Notes: a model not told the origin generated them from the letters alone. Shown: positions 1 to 10,989, counted from the stretch's first letter. The stretch: 64,000 nucleotides of DNA from an uncultured delta proteobacterium (GCA_963841475.1 CAWJCT010000002.1:232766-296765); one strand, 5' to 3'. Made by a program: numbers and translations.

Positions 1-200
1 CCTCAGACGATGAGCTTCCCTGGTCTGGTCCACGGTGCTCTTGGCCACCCCTGACCGCAGCGCCGCCAGTCCCAGGGACCCCAACAGGCCGAGGATCACC
101 TGGTACTGTTCTTTGGTCAGCCAACCCATAGCCATCGCAAAACTGGCCAAGGCCCAGCGACCACGGCGGTGATATAGGTTTTCTTGCCATCCAGAGTCAT
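1..200 (-). CDS. Holin-like small membrane protein (partial, one apparent frameshift)
   Basis: Reverse-strand translation reads MTLDGKKTYITAVVAG, then after a 1-nt shift ALASFAMAMGWLTKEQYQVILGLLGSLGLAALRSGVAKS. The product is hydrophobic. Its ATG overlaps the stop of the fibre gene (ATGA at 198-202). It sits after the tail fibres. Confidence 0.4.
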
Positions 201-1259
201 CATTCCCTCCAGGCCGTGATCTTGACCGCCTGATTGGCGGTGTTGTCGTTGGTTAGATACACCCGGCCACCATCCAAAACCCGGCAGGCAAAGGGGATGG
301 CCCCTCGCTCTCCCTGAAAGGCAGTGCCCGGAGGGCTGGCATGGACCACCAGGGCCGGGGTGCTGCCGTCATAGGACACGGCCAGCTTCACGTCGTAGCC
401 CGCCGCGGCCGCGGCATATCCTTCCAGACCGGTACGCCGTGGGCGGCGCCACCAGGCCCAGGTCCATCGGGGTGTAGCCATTAATGGGCCCGGCTGCACA
501 ACTGCCGGGGGCTGGGGTAGCTGGTGCGGCCCCCTTCCTGGTAAAACGGCGCCAGGTTGCCGCTGGCATCGTTGAACGACCATGCCCAGGTACCGAAAAT
601 TGGTGGCCGGCAAGACCATGCCCCAATCCCCCTGGGCCAGGGTCAGGGCCGCGCCGCCATAGGTGATGGTGCCCGCGGTGGCGTTGTCGGCATTGTTGGC
701 GGTGATGGCTCGGAGCTGGCCCCGGGAAGCCCCGCTGAGGATCAGGAGGCCGGCCCCCGCCAGTTCATTGAGGGCGAACCCGTAACCGATATTGGCCCCA
801 TTGGCGTAGTTCCTCAGGGTGATCACCTGGCTGGCCTGGGAGGCCACCCGCATCGCCGGCATGGCTTTCAGGGAAAAGATGGTGTCAGTGGCTCCCGCCA
901 GGGCATAGACCGCATACCATTGGTTGGACTTCTCGGTGCCCCAGAGATGTCCGGCGGTGGCCAGATTGAGGGTCACCGGGGCGGCGTTTTCCCGGTAGCG
1001 GCCATCGCTCAAGCCCCCGTCCACCCAGTGGCCCCGGGCCAGGGGGGAAGGAAAGCCGGACAGCATCACCCGGGCCTTGCAGTCCGCCGTGGCATTGACC
1101 CGAACGGTGGCGCTGTCCACAAATTCCAGCCCCGGCCCCCGGGTGAAGGCGAAGGCCTCCGGACACCGCCTGCTCGATCTCGGCGAAATCGCCTTTCAAA
1201 ATAACCTGGCGGCCGGTGCCGCTGCCCCATTTGGTCTGGGGAAGGTGAATCAGAGACAT
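200..1259 (-). CDS. Phage tail fibre / host-recognition protein (~350 aa, at least 3 apparent frameshifts)
   Basis: ORF fragments 885-1259, 200-1120 and 369-626 join into one reading. It is the last large gene of the tail module. No named domain recognised. Confidence 0.5.
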
Positions 1260-1273
1260 GGATTAACCTCGCT

Positions 1274-3649
1274 TTACCTGATTGGAATATGGCTTGGAGA
1301 CCGGCGCTGGCTCTCCCCGAAATTACCCGGCCTCAGCCCGAAAGGCCCAGTTGGCATCAAAGGAACTGGCCACGTCGATGGCCCAGCCGTCTCGGCGCTT
1401 CCCGGGGCGTCCACGGCCCAGAACCAGGAGGTGTTCAGGGGCCGGTCCAGGCTCAAGCGCACCGACCGCGCCCCCCCAGGTCCAGGTCTTTGCCGCGCAC
1501 GGTAAATTCATCCTGGTCCAGGCCGTGAAAGTCGGACGTCAGCGCCACCGTGTCCCCCAGTTCCAGGCGCACCCCTTCCAGCCAGGTCTCAACTTCGGCC
1601 AGTTCCCGGGGCGCCGCCAGGCGCTGCCAGCAGGCGGGAAGCCAGGAGTTGGGCCACTTCCGGGTCTTCCAGGACCACGCGGCGAACCGTAGCGGCAATC
1701 CAGGTCCAGGGCCGCCTCTCCCCAGGCGCTGATGGCCGCGTCCTCCCGGGCCTCGGCATACTTGGTGTTGTCCTGGTCATAGTTGGCGTAGAGCACCCGC
1801 ACCAGGTTCTTGGGGCCGGTCTGCTCATAGGCCAGGGTGAGGGAGCGGATCTGGGAGGCGCGACAAATCCACCAGGTGGTCTCGCCAGGATAAAGTCCAG
1901 CAGGCTCTGCCACCAGGACCAGTCTCCGGTGCCCTTGCCGTGCTCCAGGGCCGCACCCGCCATGGCCACCACCGCCTCCAGGGTGCCCATCTGGCCCGTG
2001 GCCAGGTAGTTCGGGGCGTTGTCCCAGACATCCGCGGCCTCGCTGTAAGTAAAAGGGAATCAGGTCGGCATTGAGGACGTTGGGCTTTTCATCCCCCACA
2101 TGGGCGAAGACCCAGGCCGTCAAGGCGTCGAAATGCTCCCGGTCCTCGGGACCGGACGGGAAGACGTAGGCCTGTCCCGCCACGCCCTGGGCCGCGATGC
2201 CAAAGGCCCGGAGCGCCAGGGCATTGAGCCAGGCATAGTGGTAGTCGCTCTTATAACCGCCGAACTCCGGGTCCCAGCGGTTTTCCCGGAGATCATCCAG
2301 AAGCCGCCGGGCCCAGGTGGCGGCCCGAGTATCGCCGTTGCGCAGATAAATCCACAGACATCCCAGGGCCACGGACGCGGCCATGCCCGGATCGTAGGTT
2401 CCATAGGTGAAGCCGTACTCCGAGAACAGGGTGGGGATCTTCCAGCCACTGCCGTCAGGCGCGCCGTAAGTATCGATCCAGGTGAGCCAGTTGATGAGCA
2501 CGGTCCGGCCGCGCCATCGCCGCTCACGAAGAAATATTCCGCCAGGCGCAGGAAGGCCCAGTACTGGCCCAGGCCATTGCCGACTTCCGGATACGCCGAG
2601 CCGTTCAACTGGCCCTGGATGATCTGCCAGTTGTCCTGGAGTTCGGTGCCGGATAGGCCCGGCCCCGGTGAATCCGGATCAGGTCGATGTGGCCCTGGTA
2701 AAAATCCGCCGCCGCCCCGGACCGGCGCCCGATGGTGAAGGCCTCACCGTTGTCCAGGCTGCCGGGCCGGGCCGCTGCCCCGGTGCCCAGGGCGCCGTCG
2801 ACGCTTATGGCAAATTGTCCGTCCCGGTCTACGGCCACGGCCAGGTAGTGGTAAGCAGCCGTATCGAGGGTCAGCCCGGGGCTGGGGGTCATGGTGGAAG
2901 TGCCGCTTCCGTCGGCGATGACCAGTTGCACCGTTCCGCCTGCGCCCAGGCACACCTCAAAGCCCGTTCCCCCCGCGGCCATCTTGCTGATCAGGCGCGC
3001 CCCGTCGGTCAGGGCCCCGGGTTTGAGGACCATCTCGACGGTAAAATCCTCTTCCCCAGGTTCAGGTCGGCGTCGTCAGGCTCAGATAGTGGCTGCCGTC
3101 CAGGCCCACCGCGGTGTCCCCCGGCTGGCAGATGCCCTGGCATAGGTGGGGCTGCCGCCGCGGCCAGGCGAGATCATGACCTTTCCCGGAGGCGTCAGTG
3201 AGACCTCCGTTGAAATGCCAGAAGCCCGCCACCTTGCCGAAATCCCGGTAGCGCCGCCACCAGGAAAACCGGAGAAAATCCTCCTCGCCGCACAGGGCGA
3301 TGTTTTCCACGTCATTGCGGGTGTGGACCGGGACGATGGGACCCGGCACCCCGCCGTAACGCCGGGTATATTCTGCCTGGGCGTCCTGGTGTACCTGGAG
3401 ATAGGTTTGGGTGAGTTCCGGCGCCCCCACCAGATAAGGGGCCAGAGGCTGCACATAATGCACCAGGGTGGGGCCCCGCCAGGGGTTCTGGCCATAAGGG
3501 GTCAGGGAAATGGCCAGCCGGGGGGCATAAGGATAAGGGTCCGCAGCGTTAAGGTTGAGGGCCACGTCATCCAGCCACCATTCGTGCTCCGTCAGACCCT
3601 GTTGCTCCATCTTGAATTCCAGCACTTTGAGGCGCGTGCGCCGTGGCAA
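1274..3649 (-). CDS. Large tail protein with a LamG (concanavalin-like lectin) domain followed by a W/Y-rich region of unknown fold (multiple frameshifts)
   Basis: Reading runs FNGGLTDASGKGHDLAWP..GDTAVGLDGSHYLSLTT / EEDFTVEMVLKPGAL..YHYLAVAVDRDGQFAISVDG..FYQGHIDLIRIHRGRALSGTELQDNW, the typical LamG pattern. It continues through ORFs 2120-2608, 1539-2501, 1589-1990, 1453-1698 and 1274-1462. Confidence 0.55.
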
Positions 3650-3660
3650 AGGTCACATGA

Positions 3661-5477
3661 TCATCGAACTTGAGGTCGGTGAAAGCAAAACGCCCCGTTG
3701 CTGGGGGGAGAAGCCGGAATGCCGATATCCACGACCTGGATGGGATGGGTGAGGGGGGTCACCCCCGACTCCAGCGACATCTCCCCCAGGTTGACGGTCA
3801 CCCGCTGCCAGGCGTTCACCTGGACCGCAGCATCCTGATAAAAATAGCTGCCCCGGGCATCCTTGACTTTGACCCGGATGGTGAGGGTGCTGACGCCGCT
3901 CACCTCCGGTTTGATGAGAAAGTTGAGGTTGACCTGCCCGGTGGAGTTGCAGCGAGCCGTATCGATGCCGGTCCATACCCCAAAGGCGGTGACATAAGGC
4001 GACAGGTCCCAGGTGATGTATCGCTGGGTATAAAAGGTCTCCCCCAGGATAACTTCGGTCTCTTCCCGGGTGCCGACGGTGATGTCGCTGGCGCCCGCCT
4101 GGGTGGCGGAGTACCAGGCCGCCCACATGGCCTGGAGCCGGTCGGCGTCATCGATGATATTGTCCAGGCGCCAGAACTGGCTGAACGGCAGATCAAAGGC
4201 GGTCGCTTCGGCAAATCTGTCCGGGATGGCGTGGACATAGGTATGTTCGGGCGTCCAGGGGTCCGGATCATCCGGCTCGGCATCGTTCAGCGTCACCAGG
4301 AGGCGCCGGGGATGAATGGCGGGCTCGCCTCCCCAAAAATTCCAGAGATCCCCGGCCACCAGGTCGTTGCCGTCCCCGCTCTCCCAGGCCACGGCAAGTT
4401 GTTCCTCCAGAGTCACCGGGTGTTGCCGGTCCCCGCTCACCAGCCCGGCGGCTTCCCAGGTAGCCCCGCCGTCCTTGGACCAGCGGAAGGTGGCCGCGCC
4501 CACCTCTCCCGTGGTCTCGATCTCCACCACAAACTGCCGCTTCTCCTGCCTGGCATAATCGCCCAGGAGCACCAGGGTGGCGCTGCCGCTGCCGATTTTG
4601 GTGACGTTATGCAGGTGGCTGGTGTCGGCATTCCCCTGCACGGTAAAACTGAGACGGTCCATGGCGTTAAAGGGTGCCGCGGTCAGGGACCAATCCAGGC
4701 CGTAGCCGAACCAGGCCGCGTCCTGCGTGGTGGGCAACTCCGCCCGGACATGGAGCGCCCGGCCGCTTTGGCCCGGGGCCAGCTCGCTTTGAAAGTCCTG
4801 AAAGGCCGTCGCCCCGGTGGTGGCGCCGCGATAGAGCAGGTGCGCCCCCCGGTCCCACTGCTGCCGCTCAAAGTCGTCATGCATCAGGGGCGAGGTGCGG
4901 GACTCCTCCCGTGCTCTGAAAGGCATCCCAGAGGAACTGGATCAACGGGCCATAGTCCTGGCCCCGCTCCCGCCCCGCCAGGTGCAGCAAGACCATCAGG
5001 TCCAGCATCCGGTCCACCGCAAAATCATAGGTGTAATCGTCCCGGGCCCGGTAGGCCCGGCGGATGCAAGGATAATCGTTCAGCGGTTCATACTTGAGCG
5101 CCTGCTCCCCGGTGAAATAAATATAGTAGAGCTGCACCGCGGTGCCGGCCGGCAGCGCCGTTCCCAGGGTGAGGGTGGTCAGGTCTCCCGCATTGGCAAA
5201 GGACCCGCCCGTATAATAGTTGGTGACATCCCCGCTCATGGGGTCGGCCCAGAAGCCTTCCCAGGGGAACAAGGTATCCAGCCGGCCAGACCCCCCGCAT
5301 CCAGTAGACCTGGCCGCCCCCGGGGTTGGGAGCGGTGATCGCCACCCGCCCGTCCGCCTGGACCGTGGCCACGGCCTGGTTCCAGTTGCCGGCCACCGCC
5401 TCCTGGAGCGGGGTCCCTCCCATATTGTCGAAGACCCAATTAAACTGTGAGGCCCGGGTCCATTGCATACGTCCCAT
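3661..5477 (-). CDS. Large tail protein (central fibre / host-specificity-like). May be one gene with 1274-3649.
   Basis: ORFs 5088-5477, 4877-5272 and 3661-4926 join. Carries a ~90-aa domain paralogous to one in the hub gene. Only frameshift-type breaks separate it from the downstream gene. Confidence 0.5.
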
Positions 5478-6028
5478 GGTGATTCCTTCTAGGTAAAAAA
5501 GCTAAGGTTCAACATTTATGACGTTTTCCGCCGATTCCTTCCCATGAATGGTTCTTAAATCCCCCTGAATCCCAGCAGTGTCCGGTTTGGTTTTTGCACA
5601 GGAGGATTTTCGTTATGCGTCGTCCCACAATGTACAAATTCGCTGATCCACTTTTCGCCCCCTCACCCGGGCCCTCTCCCCCATTGGGGGAGAGGGAAAA
5701 AAGGAGAGCCGATTTAATGCCTTATGCTTACTCAACCCGGCGACCTCACCTACTCCCTCTCCCCCCGCTTCGGAGGGGGAGGGTCCGGGTGAGGGGGGCT
5801 GAACCACCGTACGCAAATTCTTCATCGGACACTCTTGCCTAAATCCCCCTGGGTCAAAGGGAGACTTCAAAAGGAATTCCGCCAAGTTCCCCCCTTTGAA
5901 AAAATGGGGGTAGGGCTCTTGGAGCCTGTGCCGTAACCGCATAACTTTTGGTAATCGCTCTATAAGTCGGCACCTTAAAACCGCTGTATTGGCCATGGCC
6001 GCTGTAGGGGCGGGTTTTAAACCCGCCC
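5478..6028. repeat. ORF-free, lower-GC insert inside the tail operon, packed with REP/MITE-like palindromes
   Basis: Nested hairpins at 5672-5696 and 5755-5783. Long-range inverted repeat 5658-5676 / 5780-5797. Direct repeat TAAATCCCCCTG at 5546 and 5840. The only ORFs are low-complexity repeat translations. Confidence 0.6.
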
Positions 6029-6032
6029 CTAC
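6004..6032. repeat. Perfect palindrome GTAGGGGCGGGTTT/AAACCCGCCCCTAC next to the stop of the hub gene (member of the GTAGGGGCG family)
   Basis: Read directly; 14-bp arms. Confidence 0.85.
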
Positions 6033-7651
6033 GCCTCACCCAAATACGCCCTGATCTTGATCTCCCCGAAATCGATCCAGAGATCGTAGAGGCACCGCCG
6101 GACGATCTCCCGGATGGCCTGGGCCGCGGTGACATTTTCAAACCTTATCCCGATGGCGTATTCCGGGGTGAGGCTCTTGGCCAGGGCAAAGGAGTCCTGG
6201 TGGATGGCCGGGCTCAGGCCCACTTCCGCCAGGATGTCGGTCACAATGTCCACCGGGTGGGTGGTGGTGTCCTTGACCACCCGGGCCTGCACCTGGGCGT
6301 TTTTGCCGCTCACCTGGATCAGGCCGGTGGCCGCGTCCGCGTTACCCGGTCGTCGTCTATCTTCCCCGTCGAGATAGACCGAAGTGATGGCTGCGAAGGG
6401 ACGCCCCAAAGACCTGATAGTGGTAAACCGGGGGGATCGCCGTAAAGGTCCAGCGGTCCCCCGCCACCAGGTCCGGCCCCAGCCCCGACTCCCAAGAGAC
6501 CGACAGGCCTTCCTCCAACTGCACCGGTGCATCCGGCCCGTCCGCCGACCAAGCCCGTTTTTTGCCAGCTCTGTCCCTGATCATGGACCACCGGAAGGTG
6601 GCGCTCCCCACCTCGCCGCCGGTCTCCACTTCCAGGACATAGTCTTGTGGATAGTCCCCCCGGTAGGTTCCCAGGAGATTCACGGCGGCACTGCCGCTGC
6701 CGGTCCAGGGAATCTCGCTCGACGCCGCCGGAATCACCCGGGTCATCTCTCCCTGGGCCAGATAGGTGCCCCGCATAAACGGCCGCCGCTCGCCCGTGGC
6801 GGCCGGGCGCGCCCGATCTTCTGCTTGAGCCCCGCCGCCACCCCATCCTGGCTTTCCAGGCGGACCCGATGCTGCTGGCTCCAGCCGTGGGCCATGCCGG
6901 CCAGGCGCTGCACCACTCCCTGGTAGAGCTGCTGCCAGGCCACCGTGCCGTCGGCCAACTCCCAGCCGTGGTAAAGGGCCAGTTGCTTTTGGGTCCAGTC
7001 CAGCCCTCTGGAGATAGGCATTGTCGGGCCGGTTCAGCCATTGCCCCACCCGGTTATCCAGGACCAGGGCGTGGTCCGCCGGCCCTGAGCTCACTGAAAT
7101 CCCGGGCCAGTTCCACCTGCAACCCGCCCGGATCAATGATTTCCTGCTCCGGCAGGGTGAGCCGCCCGGCCAGGCTGAATCCGGCCAGACACCCCGGCCC
7201 GTCCGAGGCCGTAACTCTCAAAACCTCCGTCCGGGGTCCTGATCCACCGCATAGGCCGAGAAGTCATCCGCCTCCCCGGGATCATCCAGGCCCCAGGCCC
7301 GGATGGTTTCCTGAAAGTTCACTTTCACCTGGAAATACGGGGCCAGGGCACAGGTCCTGCCCCGGGGTCAGCGGCGCAAAAGGCGCCTGGGCCACCCCGT
7401 CCGGGGTCTCCCCGGTGCGGAGCCGGATCTCCACGTCCATGTGCCCCGCCGGCTCTCCCAGGATGGGACCGCCTCGTCCAGGTAAGGCGAAAAGGCTTTG
7501 GACGACCGGGGAGGTCCAGGAGCCGGAGGTAAAGTAACCGTCGCCCATCGCCAGGTTTCCCCGGCTCTCCGCCATAGGCGGTCTGGACAAACTCTCCGGA
7601 GCCCGGGGCCAGCCCGTAATCCAGCTCAAAGGGGGAGAGCACCGCCTTCAC
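6029..7651 (-). CDS. Tail tip/hub protein (~540 aa, about 6 apparent frameshifts)
   Basis: Fragments 7325-7651, 7282-7629, 6743-7021, 6357-7136 and 6029-6532 join. C-terminal HPVDIVTDILAEVGL resembles the motif of lambda-J-type tail proteins. Lies after the tape measure and a small tail protein. Confidence 0.45.
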
Positions 7652-7760
7652 CCGGGGCCGGGCGCCCCGGCAACGCGCTTCTTCCCTTAAGATAATCCGC
7701 TCCAGCTTGCCGCATGGCTTCTCTCTATTCGAGCTAGGCAGCCTTATGACTGCTTCCTGC

Positions 7761-8138
7761 TCACCTAAAAGCTACACCTCTTCCAGCATCATGCTCCCGG
7801 ACCAGAAGCCCGGGAGCCACTTCCCGGAAATCCAGGTCATTGGTCCAGACCCCGGTGAAGGTCTTGGCCCCGGCCCCATCCCGGAAAAAATCAATATCCG
7901 CCTGGGCCTGCTTGATGGTTGCGAGGGCATCCTTCTGCGCCGTGGAGATGAACTGGAACTGCAAGACCCAGCGCTGCTTCAGCCCCCGGAGATAACTCCG
8001 CAGGGTGCCGTCCACGGCCCGCTCCCGGTCAGTCTCATCCTGGGCCAGTTCCTGATAGTCCCAGGTGAAGTTGACCGGCAAGGTATAGCTCTGGCCGCTG
8101 CCCCCCGGCGGGGTCCATTCCAACCGGGCGTTTGCCAT
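7761..8138 (-). CDS. Small minor tail protein (125 aa, intact)
   Basis: Intact ORF between the tape measure and the hub. No named domain recognised. Confidence 0.4.
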   Translation of the reverse strand: MANARLEWTPPGGSGQSYTLPVNFTWDYQELAQDETDRERAVDGTLRSYLRGLKQRWVLQFQFISTAQKDALATIKQAQADIDFFRDGAGAKTFTGVWTNDLDFREVAPGLLVREHDAGRGVAFR

Positions 8139-8147
8139 CTCCTCTCC

Positions 8148-8916
8148 TTACCAGCGCCGATCCGCTTCTTGTCTGAGGGCCGGCAGCAGGTGCCGCTGCA
8201 CCAACCGGTCCCAGTCCAGGCCCGCCACCCCGGAGGCATCCAGGGTCTGGACCTGAATGGTCACGTTATAGCGGGGCGCGGCTTTGCCCCCGGAGGGGTC
8301 AAACCGGCCGGTTCTCAGGGCCTCAAAGTTTTTCTCGCCCAGGCGGGCCATGCTCTCCCGGGGGAGGACCCCCTCGCCTTTCTGGGCCAGGATGAGTTGC
8401 TCGTCGCGCCATCAAGGTTCCCGGGGAAATCACCATGCCCTGGTGGGCCTCGACGATCCCGCCCTGGTGAAACATGCCGCCGAAATCCAGGACCCCGCCC
8501 AAAAGCGATGACAGGCCTTCCTGGCCGCCCCCCCGGCTCCCCACGCTCGACCCCCAGGCCCCCGCCACCTTGCCCATGGTATGGAGGAAGCCTTCGCCCC
8601 ACTCCTCCACAGACCCCGGAGACCTCCGTCAGGTTTTGCTGCCAGCTCTGGCCCAGGAGCCTGGCCGCGGCCTCGCCCTGGGCGGCCATCTCCGCAAACT
8701 GGCTCCCGGACAGGGCCGCCATCTGCTCCAGATTGCTCTGCCAATCCTGGGATGAAGCTGCTCCAGGTGTCATGGAGGGCCTGGGCTTCTTCCGTCCATA
8801 CCGCCAGGCGGGCCTGGCTGTATTCCTGGCTGAGGTTGAGCATCTCTTCCTGGTAGGCGCGATAATCCTGCAGCTTTTTCTGGTTCGTGCTGCTTTTCGT
8901 TTTCGCTTGTGGCCAT
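8148..8916 (-). CDS. Tape measure protein, unusually short (~255 aa, 4-5 apparent frameshifts)
   Basis: MATSENEKQHEPEK / LQDYRAYQEEMLNLSQEYSQARLAVWTEEAQALHDTWSSF / DWQSNLEQMAALSGSQFAEMAAQGEAAARLLGQSWQQNL ... GMFHQGGIVEAHQGM .. DEQLILAQKGEGVLPRESMARL. Helical, Q/A-rich, with a TMP-type C-terminal motif. RBS GAAGGAG lies upstream. Directly follows the chaperone pair. Confidence 0.6.
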
Positions 8917-8934
8917 GTTGTCCTCGCTGGGCTC

Positions 8935-9257
8935 CTTCTAAAACCCGGCGTACCGTCCCCATGAGGAGCCAGGTTTCCAAGACTGAGATCGTTGGCCTTG
9001 AAGGGGTAGCCGGCCCGGCTCAACTGGTACAGGAAGACCAGGTGCCAGGTCCAGGGGGAGATGGCTTCCGGACGCACCCGCTCGCCGCAGGCGCCGCAGG
9101 CCCAGTCGGCAAAGGCCCCGCTCTCCGCGCGGCAGCGGCGCCGCTCCTCCTCATCGCAGAGCCGTCCGCTGGCCAGCATCTGCAACTCTCTATCCAGGGG
9201 CCAGTCCTGGGGGTCTCCCCCGGGGGCCTGGCTCAGTCCCACTCCGGCTCCCCCGGG
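8935..9257 (-). CDS. -1 frame extension of the tail assembly chaperone (GT-like product)
   Basis: The -1 frame is open from the slippery site: PGGAGVGLSQAPGGDPQDWPLDRELQMLASGRLCDEEERRRCRAESGAFADWACGACGER..LSRAGYPFKANDLSLETWLLMGTVRRVLE. The 3' end is unclear because of a further frame change. Confidence 0.45.
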
Positions 9258-9616
9258 GATGCCACCCGCATGCCTTCAAACACCTGTTGGGCCAGATACG
9301 ACACCAGATCCGGGGCATCTTCGGCGAGACGCTCTTTCCAGTCCGCATGCCGGGCCGGGTCCAGGGGAGTCTCCCCGCCTTCCGCCGCGATGATAAAATC
9401 CCCGGCCCCAAACCCGGTGAGGATCTCCAGCCCGAACTTCAGGCGGGTCTCCCCCAGGCAAAACCGCCGTTCGCCGCCTTCCAGGCGAAAGGCCGAGAGC
9501 TGATAGGCCACCCGCTCCTCCGAGGTCGGCCGCCGGTAATGCAGGTTGATCACCGAACCGGAAACCGGGTCCTGAATCGCCAGCATGTGGCGCTGTTCTC
9601 CCAAGATTCTCGCCAT
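9233..9616 (-). CDS. Tail assembly chaperone (G-like, 127 aa)
   Basis: Intact acidic ORF between the major tail gene and the tape measure, the canonical position. Confidence 0.55.
   Translation of the reverse strand: MARILGEQRHMLAIQDPVSGSVINLHYRRPTSEERVAYQLSAFRLEGGERRFCLGETRLKFGLEILTGFGAGDFIIAAEGGETPLDPARHADWKERLAEDAPDLVSYLAQQVFEGMRVASPGEPEWD
9251..9257 (-). other. Candidate -1 programmed frameshift heptamer C_CCG_GGG
   Basis: Fits X_XXY_YYZ in the zero frame (tcC CCG GGG gag), 6 codons before the G-like stop. The -1 frame is open for more than 100 codons. Confidence 0.4.
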
Positions 9617-9669
9617 GTTATCTCCATGATTTGTGCGTCTTTGCGCCTTTGCGACTTTACGTAAGACTC

Positions 9670-10968
9670 TTAAGCCACGTAGCTGCTCACCTGGTTCTGG
9701 ACGTAAGCCACCACCGAGCCGAAGGTGTCATCCTCCAGGACCGCAAACTCCACCTCTTCCCCCAGGCGCCGCTGGTAGATCTTGACCGTGGTGGCCAGCA
9801 CTGCCACCCGGGGAAAGACCAGCTCCACCTGGTAGCTCAGCCCCGGCGCAAATTCCGGACCCGTCGCCTGCAAGCGCATCCCCAGGGTGTCGTTGTCTTT
9901 CAGGTTTTGAGCCAGGAGGAAGTCCCGGAAATCCCGGTCGAATTTCAGGCTCTGTTCCCGCCCGGTCCTGAAAGGCGCGATTGGCGTAATTGCCGCCGGC
10001 CCCCGGGGTGGATTCCGGCGTCAGGTTGTTTTTCATGATCCAGGTGACGCCTCTGAGTTCCGTGGTCAGTTGATACCCGCCGCTAAAGCGCGGCGCCGTC
10101 CCAGCGGCCCCCCAGGGTCACTTCCAACTGGCTCACCTTCAGGGGGGGCTCCTCCACCCGGGACGGCAGGTTCATCCAGCCGCTCTCCCCGGGCAGGTAA
10201 TAGACCCGGTAGGTGGCCGGGGCGCCGTTCCCCCCCGGCGAGGTAATGCTAATGACCCCGGGGATCGCCCCGGACACGGCCTGGTATGCCACTTCCTCCC
10301 AGGCCTGGGTGCCGGGATTCAGCACCTGGACGGCCTGGACGTTGCTCAACCGCTCCGCGGGTGTCTCCCCCGCCACGCCGTTGGGCGCCAGGGTCAGGGT
10401 GGTGGCATTGTCGGCCCCGGCCACCTCCTCCACCTGGGTGTTGTCCACCACCTTGCCGCTGCCTTTCACGGTCCCGTTGAGCTTGGCCCAGCCGTCCCTG
10501 GCGAAATCCATCCGGATTTGATCAATGAAACAGGAGGCGAAGCGCCGTTTCATCACCTGGCGCCCGAAGCGCATGGCCGCGGTAAAAGACGGGTTGGACC
10601 GGGCCACATCGACCTCCCCGGACCGGGGCAGGATGGTATGCCGATAGCCGGTGGCTCCCGGCCGGAGTCGTCGCCACCTCGCCTAAACCGTAGCCCAGCA
10701 GAAAGCCGAAATGCTGCGGCTGGGCCCGGGAAAAGGTCAGGGTGCCCACTACCTTGCCGCCGAAATCATGGAGCCGGTCGGCTTCTTCTTTGCCGGTGAC
10801 TTCCTCCCGGTTGGGGGTTTTCACGGCCTGGTAGTTGAGCACCGTGTTCAGGTCCACCAGCAACGTGGTATCCAAGTCCTGCTCGGTGTTCATGGCCACC
10901 TCCTGCTGTTTGGCCGATACCGCCAGCAGATTATGGGTGGCCAAAAAATTCCGGATGGACCGGGTCAT
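9670..10968 (-). CDS. Major tail (tube) protein candidate, ~430 aa, about 3 apparent frameshifts
   Basis: Fragments 10522-10968, 10083-10607, 9728-10036 and 9670-9879 join. Lies between the head-completion genes and the chaperones. Confidence 0.45.
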
Positions 10969-10989
10969 AATCCTCTCTCCTCGTCAGCT

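Noticed and set aside
5594-5996. ORFs 5613-5996(-) and 5594-5842(+) inside the tail-operon gap
   Set aside because: Their sequences are translations of the G/C-rich palindromic repeats (PSPG.., GEGV..). They have no RBS or start context and no homology signal, so I treat them as non-coding repeat DNA.
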